Both the position numbers and the translations under genes were made by a program. The notes under the pieces are model-generated. The model searched no databases. It saw nothing but the letters and a program-made list of their open reading frames with translations, and had not been told where the DNA came from. From NCBI RefSeq assembly GCF_009914755.1, contig NC_060925.1: a stretch of DNA of 64,000 nt, one strand, 5' to 3'. This DNA comes from the human T2T-CHM13v2.0 reference genome, Homo sapiens. Shown here piece by piece: positions 15,844 through 35,596 of the stretch (position 1 is its first letter; every line of letters begins with the position of its first letter).

Positions 15844-17450
15844 ACAAATCAGTTTTATGGACTAGGTGACTTTATGTGTCTATTCCAACTTTGGGCTTCC
15901 AAAAGGCCATGTCCCCAGAGGAGCTCCTGCTCCCATCTGAGAACTTGTGCCCTGGATTTTTGGGATATAGAATCAGGACACTGGGGAAAGAAAGACTCCT
16001 GAGAGTGGAAGGGGACCCAGTGAAAGGCTAAAGTAAATCTACATAATAAGGAAGGGAGGGAAAAATCAGAGAATGGGGGTGGGGGGAAGCTTTAGGGGGT
16101 TTTGATGAGTGACAGACTTGACAAAGAAAGAAAAGCCACACAACATGGGTTGTTGATGGCTGTGGAGGGAGTCAAGTCTCTAATGTTTTTAAAGAGTTGC
16201 ACGTAAAGATTGGCATTACTTTTTATTGCTGTCAGCCGTTTGAGCTGCGTATCTTCCAAAGCAACTCTATGCAAAGACTGATCCTTTGAGGGTCTAGGAT
16301 TTATTTATAAGGGTTACACTAATAATCCATGAATCAAAGGTTTTCTGATTTTATGTTTCCAAGATACTGACCCCAAGATTTCATGGTTCTGTGGATCTGA
16401 GTTCTGGTGGTGGTTCTGTGACTATGAGACAGTGAGTGTCTATGAGTCGTTGGTTCTAGGATTTCCTGAGTCCCTGCTTCTCGGATTCTTTGTCTCCATC
16501 ATTCCATGACTTTATGGAATGTGGTTCTGTCCCAGACAAAAGCTCTGGGAGACTTAGGGCATGGAATAGGGGGAGGGCAGAATACCTCGGCAGCCAGGAC
16601 TGGCCCCCTACCCTCCTTCTCTTCTCAGGTCAAAAGGATGGTGGTTGCCAGGAGGCTGGGGCAGGCAGAGGGTGGCCTGGAGGGGCCAGAGGCATACATG
16701 TGGCTAATGTTGGGAGGCGGGGGAGGGTTTGCTGGAAAGCACATAATTTCTGCTAAGTCAGACTGCAAAGCCCCTGGATTTCAAGGCCAGAGAGTTTTTC
16801 CAACAGAGGCCACTGTTCCTTTTCTCCATACCCCACTTCCTGACCTGTCCCTAAGCATACAAATATCCAGGGTGCTTGAGCCACTGCCCAGTGACTCTGT
16901 GAGGGCCCTAAGTCTGGGTTCACGGCCTCCAAAATACAAGGATAGTAGGGAAAATGGACTTGTAAGGCTCACAGCCTTTTGAGGGAGGGAATCCTGTGCC
17001 TTGAAAGGGCCTTTTGTGCTGTGGAGCCCAGGAATGGATTTGGATCACCAGGTTGGGGATGGGTGGGAGAAGCAGGGCTCCCACACAGCTCTGCATACTA
17101 AAGGGGTGAGGTCTTCAGGGTCCTTGGGGAGCACTGAAGGGAAAGGGGAGGAACAGCAAAGAATAACTGCTGGCAGCTCAGCCAGCAGGGACCCTGTAGC
17201 AGGAGTGACCGGTAGCGTCTTTAGGTTGCTGTGGGGTTAAGCAGCAGCAGCTGGGGTTAGGAAAGAGAGCTGGGAAGAGAAAAGGAAGAGAGCTGGGAAC
17301 CAGAGGGACACCCTCTCCTCTGTCTCTCCTATTGGAGTTCTTTGCTACATTTACCCTAAGCAAATTGGTTGAGGTAAGTAAAGCCAAGAAGGGGTTAGCT
17401 CTGCATCCAGGCCTGTGTGGCCCCCAGAGCCAGGAGAAGCTGAATTTTCA

Positions 17451-17825
<375 letters not shown>

Positions 17826-18553
17826 TTACGGAATCCTACAGGGCACAGTGTGGGATATCTTATACGGGTTACTCTGTTCACCTCCATCAGACTGTGAGCT
17901 CCTCAGGGAAGGCACCAAGTTTGATCCTCTCAGCGTCCTCTGGGCCCAGCACAGAGCTTGGCAGGCCCAGTGAATGCTGAGTGAATGAATGAATGTTCTT
18001 AATAATTATAAAAATTCATCTGCTAATCACTTGGCCATGTGCCAGGCAATTCATCCAATTATTTAACAAATATATTGATGGCCTGCTATGTTCAGGTCCT
18101 ATTCTCAGCACCACAAATACAAAAATGAGGAAAAAACACAGCTGAAATTCTTGCCTTGTGGAGCTTACATTCTAGATGGGGGAGGGGGCAATAAATGTAA
18201 AATACACCCACGTGTCAGCGTGCCCCAAAGGAAAATCTAGCAAAGAAGAAACAGCGGGAGAGTAGAGCGAATCGGAACTGGGGAGGAATGAGGAAGGAGA
18301 GCTTCAGTTTTAAAAAGGGTGGTAAGGGAAGCCTCACTTTCCCTCCCTACAATGACCCCAGGAGGTGGATGTGACTAAACTCATTTTACAGGTTTGGAAA
18401 TGGATGCTCTGAGAGATGAAGTTGTTTGCAGTGGCCAACCGGGTCGACAGGATTTCAGAGTTCGTGGTCTGTTTGCCCTATTCAGCAGGCTCCTGCAGCC
18501 CTCCTGGCCAGGACAGTGTGCACATGACTCAAAATGTCTGCTTTGGGTGAGCA

Positions 18554-18613
18554 TGTGTGTGTGTGTGTGTGTGTGCGTGTGTGTGTGTGTGTGTGTGTGC
18601 GTGTGTGTGTGTG
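18554..18613. repeat. (TG)n microsatellite with two CG interruptions
   Basis: Directly visible. Confidence 0.95.
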
Positions 18614-19799
18614 CATGCGGGGGCAGGGGTGAGGATAGGGGAAATGAAGGCAACTGCCTGGTGGGAGGAAAAGGAAAGAGAGCTGGCAGGCAGAGGCCTG
18701 GAACTCTCAACCCCTCTCCGGGAAATGCCTCAGACATATTTCAGCCTCTGGTGTCTGGGCAGTCGGGGATTTATGGGCCAGCCATCTCCCACGATGATCT
18801 CGGTGGTGCTGAACTGTGTGTCACCCCCAGCTGGCACTGTGGCTGCCCTCCCAGTGGGGAGGCCTCCTGCAGCCTGGGCCACATCTGGAGCCTCGCCCAG
18901 TGTGAGTGCCCTTGTCTGCCCCTGGGCCCCCACAGGGATCTGAGGGGGAGGGAGGTGAGGTGGAGTGGGGGGTGGGCACTCCTGCCCCGAAGCCCCTGGA
19001 ACAGGAGCTGGGATAAGAACCCCCGCTAACTTCCTCTCCTTCTCTGCAGAAGGGGCTTGTCCTAAATCACACAGGGCTGGGAGAGGGCCTGGGAGAGTTC
19101 TGGAAATAAGACTATCAGAGGCAAAAGGAACTTTAAAGATCTTTCTGTCAATATCCTCATCTTACAGGTGGAGAAACTGAGGCCCACAGAGACATGGGGC
19201 CATGCCAGCTAGTGGAGGCATAGCCAATGGAGCTGGGCTCTCCAGGGCTGTGCTAACAGAGCCACAGCTCTCCCACCCCAGCTTGCATGTGGAGCCCACT
19301 AAGGCCCGAAGGGGCTGGCCTGCCCAAGTTCACGGCTCTGCCGCAAGCTTGCTGCAGATCACCATCTCCTCCATTCCTGGCCCCAACTCCCCTTGCATAT
19401 GGAGCAAGGAAAGATCTTTTGAATGCTGAACGGGCCTGAGACACCTTCCTGAAGGAAAGCTGTCCTTGGATCCAGGCATTGTGACCTTGTTACTTCATTT
19501 GGCCTTCATGACCACCTGTCTAGGGCCTTCATCAACCTCTTTTACAGATGAGCCCTCTTGGATGATAAGTAAATGGCAGCATTTGGATGTGACCCTGGTC
19601 TCTCTGAGCTTAGCTCTGGACTCCCCTCCCTCGTGCCCCTCTCAAACAAGCAAGAAGAAGGCAGGAGAGTAAGTTCTAATCCTGGCTGTGCCACTGACTC
19701 CCTATGTGGTCACAATGAAGTCTTTTCCCTCTCAGCACCTCTGTTGCTATACCTGCACAACGAGGAGCTTTGCTTGGCCAGGAAGAGGGCACAATAGGT

Positions 19800-20260
19800 A
19801 CAGAGTGCAGATATTTCTGGGCCCATAGACAAGGAAGGGTGGGAGGAGGGGAGCAATGGTGGACCCTCTTGGTTGACAAATCTAAACAATAATATGGAGC
19901 CTGAGAAAGCCAAATACCAGCTCCCCAGCTTCCTCTGCAGCCAGGCATGGCCATCTGACTGAGTTCAAACTGATGGGACATTTTGTAAAAGTCTTATGAG
20001 AGGTTCTAGAGATGCTTTTGCTTTCTTGATAAAGAGCCATTTGCAGCTGGCACTTCCCCTGTCCCCTCCAGTCTTGAACATGGATGCGATGCCTGGAGCT
20101 ATGGCAGCCATCTTGCAGCTGTGAGGCTCAGAGAGTCCCAGAGATAACATTTGGAACAGTGTTGAGCCCCTGGACCAATACAGCAGCTGCCTAGCTCCAG
20201 GCTTCCTGTTGAGTGAGGAAAAACAAGCACCATGTTTTCAATGAGTAGTTCTGAATGATA
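19800..20260 (+). mobile_element. Old MLT1-type LTR remnant in CDCP2 intron 4
   Basis: gatgcctggagctatggcagccatcttgcagctgtgagg...ttgagcccctggaccaa signature. Confidence 0.55.
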
Positions 20261-20422
20261 CAAGCAGGGCTGGTAGACATCCCCACAGTTATACCAATTT
20301 TTTTGCCATAAACAATATTACCATATTTTGTCTATTTCCCCTGGATACAGGGGACCAATAACAACACAAGAGGGGCCAGGGGCCCAGGGGGAAGGAACCA
20401 GATGGGGAGGGGTGAGGACTCA

Positions 20423-21067
<645 letters not shown>

Positions 21068-21842
21068 TCACTCTCTGCAGTTACAGCTTAGGCAGCAGGT
21101 GCCACAGTGGTCCAAAAACCACCAGCAGGTTGTGGGCACCATGGCTAGCACACCAGACAATTGATCCCAACTATCTGAAAGTTGGGATGCTTGATCCCAA
21201 AGCTTGTTTTAAACTGCAACTAGCTGAAAGCTGGGACTTGCATTCCAGTTGACAGTCCCCTTCACAGGTGTAGGCCCTGTTAGGAATTCAATAATAATAC
21301 ACAATACCTGTCCTCAGAGTTACCTCTGAACTCCCTGGCTTGACAGATGATGTGGTTCATGCCTGGCCTTTCCCCTTTTCTCACTGCCCCATTTGGTATG
21401 TACTATGAGCATACCAAACACTCTCTGCCCTCCAGGCCTTTGCACATGCTGTTCCTCCTGCTTGGAATGCCCTTCCCTTCTGCTTCCGTCTAACTCCTTC
21501 AGGGTACTGCTCAATTCTCTTCTCCACGAAGTCATCCATGATTCTTACTGATGGATAGCACAGATCATAATGGCTTGTGCTGTCTGTTTCCTTATAATCT
21601 CTCTAACTAGACTGTAAAGTTCCCACGACTTCATCCATTCATTTGTACGAAAATTGAGTACCTACTATGTGCCAGGTACAAAGATAAGCCCATAAGGGAC
21701 TCAGTCAGACAGGGGAGATTGACATGCAAACCACACACAGAAGTGACAAATGTTAGATCATAGTGTAAAAAACTTATATAAGGAGTTGAAAAAAGGATTA
21801 ATTCTGGTAAAACAGTAAGTCTTCGCAGAGGTGACATGCTTA

Positions 21843-22454
<612 letters not shown>

Positions 22455-22639
22455 TCATTACCATCCAGCAAGCACCTGCTACCCAAGTAGCAAGTGTAGC
22501 ACGTGCTCAGGCCCAGCACTTGGCACCTATGCTGCCTGTTCAAATCCTCAGAGTAGCCGCACAAGGACTGTGCTGCAGTTTCTCTGATTTTATAATTAAG
22601 AAAAGGGAGGCAAAGACAAGTTCAGTAGCTTACTTGAGT

Positions 22640-23010
22640 TTGAGTTCACCCAGGCAGACCTTGAGATAAGGATTTGAGTGCAAGGAGTTTACTTGGGAGA
22701 TCCAGGGGCCCCCAGGTGGGGAGGGAGGGAGAGGACAGAGAAGGGGAGGTGTGTTCAAGTCAGCTGCTGACCTTGGGGGGATCTCTGGGGACGGGGTAAA
22801 GCACATACTTCAGAGTTCTGTCAATCTAGGAGCAAGGGAGCTGCGGCATTTATATGCCAACTCCCCAGAGTGCAGGCAGAGGGCTGCTGTGGGCTGGGAG
22901 TGCCCTACTGAGACTTCAGAAAAAAGCCCTCCAGCATAGAACTGTGGAGGTTGGCAGAAGCACATCGACGTGGCAGGGCCCAGGGAATGTGGTCAGGGCC
23001 CTGAGAGCAG
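22640..23010. mobile_element. Ancient ERVL-type LTR remnant (LTR33-like); related copies at ~35790-36225 and, inverted, ~48250-48685
   Basis: Shared motif cagaccttgagataaggatttgagtgcaaggagtttacttgggag and its degenerate copies. Confidence 0.5.
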
Positions 23011-23937
23011 GTCACCCGACTGGTAACTGGGAAAGTGGGATTTGAACCCAGGAAGACTAACTATGGATCCTGTGCACTTGACCCTTGTGACCTTCACTGT
23101 CCACTCCTACGAGGCCAGTGGGGCACAGAGGCTGAGGTGCCTGAGCTCAGGAATGTGATCAAACCTCCCTAATGGATGAGGAAACCAAGACTTAGAGAGA
23201 GGACCTGATGAAGTAGAGCTTGGTTTGACATCTGAAGACAAGTAGTCTCCCATCTCTGCCTTTTATTAGCTGTGTGACTCTAGGGAAGTAACCCAGCCTC
23301 TCTGAGCCTCATTGGAACATTAGAAATCATAAGACTGAACCAGCTTGATCCACTGGGCTCAGACTTGAGCACAGTCTGAAAATATGCTGCTGGAAACTCT
23401 CAGGAAGCCAGCTTGGCCAGTACAACTACACGGCAAGTGTGGGTGAATGCTGCGACTTGCTGGAGGTCACCAGCAGGGAGGACATATGTGGGATGTGTTT
23501 CCTGAGACTCCAGCATCTCGCCCTATGGCACGGCTGTGTGACCAGGGCTCTGGATGGGGCATCTAAGGACTTGGCGTCTTTTCCCAGTGCTGGCCCAGCC
23601 ATGTAACTTTAGGAAGGCCCTCTCAGGGACTCAGATTTTGTGAAATGAGAGGGCAGGTTTAGATAGCCTGTGAGATCCCTTCCAACACTAACAACCTTCG
23701 CGGAGACTTCCCAACTGTGCCCTGGGGCTCCCCAGCAGCCCCCTGGAGCACCTGCTGGCACCTGGTGCAAATTTCATTCTTATGGTGTATTTCAAGCTCT
23801 CTTTTAATGTAATGAAAAGATAGCACCCACAGACTTTAATATCTTTAACAAGATATTAAAATTTAAATATTCTACATTTAAAAATTTAACTCATTAGAGG
23901 CCATCAATATTTACTTGTGTTTTTAATGACTGGCTTA

Positions 23938-24310
<373 letters not shown>

Positions 24311-25272
24311 TTATTTTTTATTGCCTTTATCTTTTTTTTAAAAAAAAAAATAGGGGATTAACATAAGGTTCCATTTGACATAAAGGTATTCCTGTTTTTA
24401 AAAATGTTAGGAAATGTGGCTGATGGTATTAAGACTTTGATATCCTAACATTCTACAAATCTAAGGGTCTAAAATTCCAAAACTATGATTAGATCAGCCT
24501 ATGGTTCTTGTGTTGTGGCATTCTACAATTCTATCCTTCCAAATGCAGCAGTGACTGGGGTCCCACCTGAGTCCCCCAGGATTGCTGTTGGCGGACCCTG
24601 GGAACCAGTAGCCTCTGTGGGTGTCTACTGTTTGAGTTAACATCAGTGAGGTCTTTGGTTCTGGCATTGGGAGGAAGCAGGAGATTTGAGCCTTTGCACA
24701 GAACCTGGAGACAAGGATGAGTGAGTGAAAGAGAAAGGCAAGAAGAACAAGGCCTCCTCTCCCTCACTAGACTGAGAGGCAGGTGTCAAGCCTGGTTGAA
24801 GGAGAGAGGGGTTAGGGACACATGATATAACAGCCACTAGCTCCACCCAGACCCTCGTGTGGGAACTCAGGCAAGGATTCCCAAGCTGTGAAGTGGTGGG
24901 ATGCTGCAGAAGGCCCCAACAGCGGTGGTGTCCTCTCCTGTGGCCTTATGCCATGACACAGGACAAGAATGACAAGGGTAGTAGAGCATGAGAGCCTCAT
25001 TCCTGAGCGCAGTGCGACCCTCTGACGACTCTAGGAGAAACGGAGGCGGCATGGGGAGCATTGCCATGAAGGTGGGAACCCCAGCTACAAGCATGGTCAT
25101 GAACAGTGAGGAGGCTGCTTTTGCCTTATAAACTATGCATGAGAGCTGGGTCCTGCAGGTTACAGAGCAGCCTACGTGCCAAGATGCTGAGACCCTGTAG
25201 GTCTCACCTGAGCCCTGCTGCTATCTTCCCATCTCCACCCCAGGGCCAGCTCCTCCACTGCCAAATCCCCCC

Positions 25273-25854
<582 letters not shown>

Positions 25855-26053
25855 TCATGCATCTACTTATTCTTCAGATGCTGACCAAGCATGCTGGTAT
25901 TCATTCCACAAATACTGTTTGAGTGCTAGACATTGTTCTAGGTGCTGGGGTCACAGCAGAAACAAAACAGACAAAACCCCTACCCTCATGGAACCTACAT
26001 TCTGGCAGGGAAGACAGACAATAAACATAGCAGGTAAAATATAGAGTTTATGG

Positions 26054-26512
<459 letters not shown>

Positions 26513-27088
26513 TTAATAATAATAATAACCTCCCCAAGTGAAAATGTGCACAGTCTACTACGATGTTAAAAGTACATTTTTATATGTGCTGATTTGCTTG
26601 TGTTTGACAAAAGAAAACAATGGAAGGAAACTAATAAGAATAATTCTCTGTCAGGGGAAGTAGTAAAAAGAGGGGAGGAAGCAGGCATGATGGCTGGATC
26701 TCCTTAAATGTGCCCTGTTTCATAATTTTCACTGTGTAAGCATATAAAATACTTTATATAATTTTAAGAGATCAAAACAAAGTTAAGTAACCCCTAAATA
26801 TCCCAAACTGAAACAAATAAACTGAATCTTACCAACTTGGAGACACAGTCACATGAGGAAAAATGATTTCAAATGACTTTGAAAGACAGTATTTTGACCA
26901 CACAGTCCTAGTGGGATATATCTCAAGGACAAAATGAACCACAACAACATCTTAAAGTATATTCAGTAAACTTACTATTAGTAATAATATTCAATATCAT
27001 TTTGCAATTATTATATATTAGAATAGAGCAAATAAGTAAGTTAATGTCAATAGAAACCAATATTTTCAGTGTAAGAGTGGTAAGTATA

Positions 27089-27441
<353 letters not shown>

Positions 27442-27649
27442 TGAAAGTATCAGTGTGAACTTGATTATTTTTATGTTTTAAAAATTTATTTCCTAGTTCT
27501 GTTTACCAAGAAGGCCTAGAATCCAGTAGCATTTTACACCTCTAGGCTTTCGATTAGGATTCTTATGTTCAACTAAGATGAACAAGGCTCTTTAGAGCAA
27601 TGTCTGGTACCAGGTTTAATACAGGAAATACACAAAATATACTTGGTTA

Positions 27650-28066
<417 letters not shown>

Positions 28067-28294
28067 TCAAAAGAGAGTAATGCTTGCAGTGGATTGAAAC
28101 ATATCACATATATAAAAACAAGAATTCACAATGCAACTCAAAAGAAATTGAAATGAAACTCATTGGTTTATTTTAGAGGTTGCTAGGCACTAACTCATTT
28201 ATCAATTTTTTTTAGGAAATTGATAATAGAAATTTAACATCTACTTGGCCTTTCCTATATGGACTGTATTTCTGGACAACTAAATAGATGGTGA

Positions 28295-28571
<277 letters not shown>

Positions 28572-28582
28572 GGGAAAACTTA

Positions 28583-28932
<350 letters not shown>

Positions 28933-29874
28933 AATTTAAACAAGGAAATCATACTTTCCAAGGCTTAATGAAATAATGGATCCAGACAACATTATCAAAC
29001 CCTGTTCTAATCACTGAGTAAAAAGTTGATGAAAGGTAAAACATGATTTGGTTATACAGGCATTCCCTGTAAAATTCTTTCAACTTTGCTAAATGTTTGA
29101 ATTTTTTTTTACTGGTCAAATAAGCCAGGCAAATAAAAATTTTTATAATTAAAAATATATAGCCAGGTGTCCTCAGCACTTTGGGAGGCTGAGGCAGGAG
29201 GATCACTTGAACCCAGTATTTCAAGACCAGCCTAGGCATAGCAAGACCCCAACCTCTAAAAAAAAAGAAAAAAAGAAAAAAAAAATTCACTTCAGCTGAC
29301 TATTTGACAGTGAAAAAAAAAAACTGAAAAAGTTAATTTGGAGAACTTTGTAACAAATAGACCAGGCTAACAAACCCTGAACCCACTGATGTAGACAAGT
29401 GTCAAGTGAAACACGGGCCAGTAAATCTCTTCTTGAAAAAAAAAAATGAAGAAATATGAATCTCAGGAAGTCTCTGGATCTGTCTACAGTTAGAGTAAAT
29501 ATGGAAGCTAGAGGAACATTTTAAGTAATTCCATGAGGACATATTTGGCAAGTCCAGAATGTGGGAAGTTCTATAAGATAAATGACGCTGGGGCTTCAAC
29601 AACAAAAGATAAAGGGGGGAAGGAGGCACAACTGTTGTACTAAAAGAGTCAAGGCCGGGTGCCATGGCTCACACCTGTAATCCCAGCACTTTGGGAGGCC
29701 GAGGCAGAAGGATCACCTGAGGCCAGGAGTTTGAGACCAGCCTGAGCAACATAGTGAGACCCTGTCTCTGCAAATAATAATAATTTTATTAAAAATATAA
29801 AAGTCAAATATCAACCAAATGCAATGTATGGACCTTGTTTGGATTCTGATTTGAACAAATGAATTGTTTAAAAA

Positions 29875-29927
29875 ATATATATATATATATATAATATATA
29901 ATATATTTATTTTATATATATATATAT
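29875..29927. repeat. (TA)n-rich tract
   Basis: Directly visible. Confidence 0.85.
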
Positions 29928-31203
29928 TTGGTCAATAGTTGGGGAAAACTGAACATGAATTGAGTTAGCACATAAATTAAGGAATGAAGCCAGGAGTGAT
30001 GGAGTGCTCCTGTGGTCCCAGCTTCTCAAGAGGCTGAGGCAGGAGGACCACTTGAGCCCAGGAGTTCGAGGCTGCAGTGAGCTATGACCACAGCACTGTA
30101 GTCCAGCCTGGGTGACAGAGAGAGACCTTGTCTCTAAAAAAATTTTTTTAAATTAAGCACTTATTATACCATGATAAAGGTATTGAGGTTATATACAGTT
30201 TTATGTGTTTCTCTGTTAGAGACACATTCTGACATATTTATGGGTGAAATAATATGGCATCTGAGATAGGCTTTAGATTTCTCCACACCTCCCAGAATGG
30301 GGCTGGGGTGGGATAAAAGAAACAAGAAAGGCAGAAGGTTGATAATTATTGAAGATGATTGATGGGGACGTAGGGATTCATTGTATGATTTTCTGTGCTT
30401 TGCGTGTGTTTGAAATTTTTCATAATTAAAAGTCAACAAAATAACCAGCACATCCCTGGTCATCTTCTCAGCGAGGCCTTCCCTAACCACCTGATTTACA
30501 CCTGAAAACCTCTCCCCAGCCCATGCTCCTTCTCTCCCTTTAGTGCTATATGCTTCTCCATAGAATTCGTCACGATCTAACATGCTATTTATTTTACTTA
30601 TTGATTTGGTTCAGTATCCTGCTCTCTATGAGAGCAAGGATTTCTGTGCCTCTCCCTACCGTATTGCAAGCACCCAGAGCAGTACCTGGCACAAAGCTGG
30701 TGCTTAGTGTATATTTGCTGAATGAATGAGTGAGTGAATAATCTTATATAATCCTCACAACAGCCCCATGAACTAGGCAGGGCAGGTGCTACTGACCCAT
30801 TTTACAGATCAGAAAACTGAGCCCGGGAAAGGGAAGTCACTTGTTGTAGTGAACATCTATTGCTTTGGGTCTGCCCAATACCACTTCCTTTGCCTCTTGC
30901 AACAATAGCTCCCTCTTTTAGACACTGCTCCCCTCCTTGCCTCCATGTGGTAACCCTCCCTCCTCTTCCTTGACCCAGGGGTGGACGCCTGACTCTAGCT
31001 GGGGAGTCTTGGGGCTCCCACCACCACCACAGTGACTGGCCCGCAGGGTGAGCATGTGCTCCAGGCTAGGCCAGAGTTCTGCTCAGAATGCCCAGATAGG
31101 GGTTCTTTCCTTTCTGGTCCCTTGACTGGGAGGGGGAGCCCTGGGGGTGGAACAAGGTCCATACATTGCATTTGGTCGGTATCTGACTCTTTTAAATTTT
31201 TTA

Positions 31204-31516
<313 letters not shown>

Positions 31517-32985
31517 TTATTATTTATGCTCAGGACTTAAGGAAAAATCCCCTGTGGGAACTGGAAGAGCCATGTGAGAAGTGGAAGTAGCCCTGGAGCC
31601 CAGAGGCTCTGGCTGTGGCATCCCTGAGCCCAGCTCGGCTACCTCCTGCCTCCCTGGTTACAGAGCCAATGTATTCTTCTTTTTGCTTAAACTCATCCAG
31701 GTTGAGTTTCTGTCACTTGCAACCAAAAGCATCCTGAAGAATACACTTAACCAAATCCCTATAAGAGAAGACACATTCGCTAAACATGTGCCCTGTACCA
31801 GGCTTGTGCTGATTCAAAATGGGCCCCTCTGTGGGAAGCTCACCATGGAGTGGGCCAGGGGGAGTCAGGCAAATGAGACAAAACACACAGCGTGATTGCA
31901 CTGTGGCCACAAAGGGGCTCTGGGGTCCGGGGAGAGGAAAGCCGATCTTGCTGGGGCCAGCAGTATCAAGGAGGGGCAAGATTTCCAGAGGGGGTGATAT
32001 TTGAGTTTGTCTAGGAAGAATGAGAAGGTTTCTTCAGTTGGGGAAGATTTTCAGGGAGGGAATGGCATAGACAAAGGCCCAGACGCACGTGCACTTAGCC
32101 TCTGTGAGCCGTGACATGGGGATAGTGGTGCCTCCCTTGCTGGGTGACTGTGAGCACTGATGAGCTAAAGGCTGTGTGAGGGCTGCACAGATGCACATTA
32201 TCAGCTCTCTGCCTAGCTCTTGGGGTGGGACAGGGCAGGAATGGCATCTAATTCATGCCTTTATGGCAAAAGGACAAATAGATATTCTGTCCAATGCCTG
32301 TTATTGTCCTTCTCCCAGCCCTACCCACAGGGCAGGGAAAGGCGCCAGAGCATCAGAGTGGAATTCCTACAGCCCAGGTGGCTCCAGTCATCAGCATAAG
32401 CAGAGGCCTTGTCCACTAGGACCCAGCCAGGCACACTGATGTCCAGGGTTACCCCAAGGCCCCTTAAGCCCCAGTGGCCAGAAAATAGGAAAAGCTACCT
32501 CCTCCCACCACCCAGGCATGGGTTGAGATGCTTGGGTGCCCATCCCATCTCTGCCAGTGACTGGGTGACTGGCAAGGTACAATTCCTCCCTGAGCCCCAC
32601 TTGAGCCTTGCCGAAGGGTGAAATGATATCACCCCGGCTTCACAGACAGGTAAACAATGCTTGGAAGGCCAGAGCAGCACAAAACCACTGGGGACCACAG
32701 TGCAGGCAGAGGGTTCCAGGAGCCCCAGTGAAGGCGCATGTGAGGTTGATGGAGGATGTGGAAGGCCGATGGAGGGAGTGGTATTTGATCTGAGCTTGAA
32801 GGGTGAGCCAGATGTTCTCAGGTGGAAAAAGGGAAAAAAGACTTTCCAGACAGAGGGGACAGCAGGGCTTAAGATCCCTGAGGGTGAAGCAGAAGGGGTT
32901 GTGATTCCCCTGCCAGAGCATGGGATGCCCAAGGGATGCAGGAAACTGAGGCTCAATACGATATGGAAGTTGGAGCCCACACTCA

Positions 32986-33385
<400 letters not shown>

Positions 33386-33626
33386 TTAGCAATAAACCTT
33401 TAATAGTTTTTGGAGCCATTCCTTTCAACCTTGGTGACCATGTAGCCTTGGACAGGTTACTTAATATCTCTAGTCCTCAGTTTCTTCATCTGGAAAATGG
33501 GGGACTAACATCCACCTTGAAGTTTGTTGTGCAGATTAAATGCAACCTACATGTGAAACATGCAACACACGGCAGGCACTCAATATTGTCTCCCCCCATC
33601 TCAGGAACAAACACATTCTCAACTCA

Positions 33627-33878
<252 letters not shown>

Positions 33879-35202
33879 TCAGGGTCCGGAGCAAGGGAAA
33901 GAGAGGTGAGGCTGAAAGGGCCTCCAAGTTAATGGTGGCATGAATAATTCACCGGCCCCTAGAATTAGTAAGCCGATCCCTGGGTACTTCCTTTACTCAC
34001 TGTAAAGTGACGGATCTGGTGTCACCAGGTTTACACGTTCTGAGATCTGCACCGACCACACTATCAGGAAGGGAAGGAACTCAGGCCTGGAAGGAAAGTG
34101 AGTGGAGGAGAAAGGGCATAACTTTTAGGGCCGGGTAGATCTGGGATCAATCCCAGTTCAGCCTGTAACTTGCCAGGTCACCTTGGACAAGTCATTTAAC
34201 TCCCCTGGTCTGGGTCTTCTCATCCATCCAGTGGGGCTGTTCAGCTCCGACCCAGGGGCTGTTGTGCAAATGAAAGGAGATCTCACTTGCTAAAGCACAG
34301 AGTAGGTGCTCGCTACAGGTTCTTCCCATCCCCACTCCGAGGGAGCTGAAAGGAGCCTGTATTTAGTGGGACACGCAGGACAACTTCCTTCAGACATGCG
34401 GATTTAGCTCAGAGGAGGGAAGGAGGTTGCTGCAGACAGTTGAGGGAAAAGTCTTTTTCACGCAAGAATGCAGCAGGAATAACAGAATTGGAAAATCGTA
34501 TTGTGCAACTCTTAATGCAATAATAGGTCTGGGAGCCAGTGTAACTTCCGGCCGAGAATATGGAATGCTCGCTCCTTTATTGATCCCAAGCCTTGCTTGA
34601 ACATCGTATGTGCCAGGCCCCGCACAAGGAGCTGGTGCTGCAGAAATGCCCCGGGGACTTTGTGTCCAACAGGAAGCGGGCTCTTTCTTCTCATCTAGAG
34701 TCTTTTGATTTGGTTCAGTTCAGCCCAACATGCATTTCTAAGCTCCTTCTCTGTGCAGAGCCTGTGCCAGGCATGGGGACAGCAGGGGAACATGGCGCAT
34801 TCCTGCTCTCCCAGTGAGGATCCTGGGCTGTTTCTGGCAGACTAAGGTCTGAATCCTGGCTCCACCCCTGCCTGGCTGTGGTAGCCCGGGAAAGTAACCC
34901 AACTCTGTAACTCTGAGGCCAGGTTCCTGGATTGCGAAACTGGAGCAAGAATTAGCAGCCTGCAGTTTGCTGAGAGGATTAAACGTGATAGTGTATGAGA
35001 AGTCTTAGCCAGTGCCTGGCTCAGTGCATAGACGCACTCAAGATTTCTATTTATCCTAGAGGAACCCAGACAGCCTCATCTGCCAGACAGCATGTGCCTC
35101 TGGCCCATCCTTTTGTCAGAAGTCCCCGGGGAGCCCTTTGCTGCAGGCATAGGAAGACTCGTGGAAGGTGTTCAGCGGAGCCTCAGGACCCGTCAGGCCT
35201 GA

Positions 35203-35596
<394 letters not shown>

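Noticed and set aside
18394-19029. 211-aa ORF with a CV repeat
   Set aside because: Spans the (TG)n microsatellite, antisense within a CDCP2 intron
21164-21188. 9-bp inverted repeat ATCCCAACT/AGTTGGGAT near the exon 4 acceptor
   Set aside because: Short; sits among similar degenerate motifs that suggest a DNA-transposon remnant; no functional argument
24985-25130. CpG-containing short plus-strand ORF in CDCP2 intron 2
   Set aside because: Under 50 codons, with no recognisable homology or convincing splice sites
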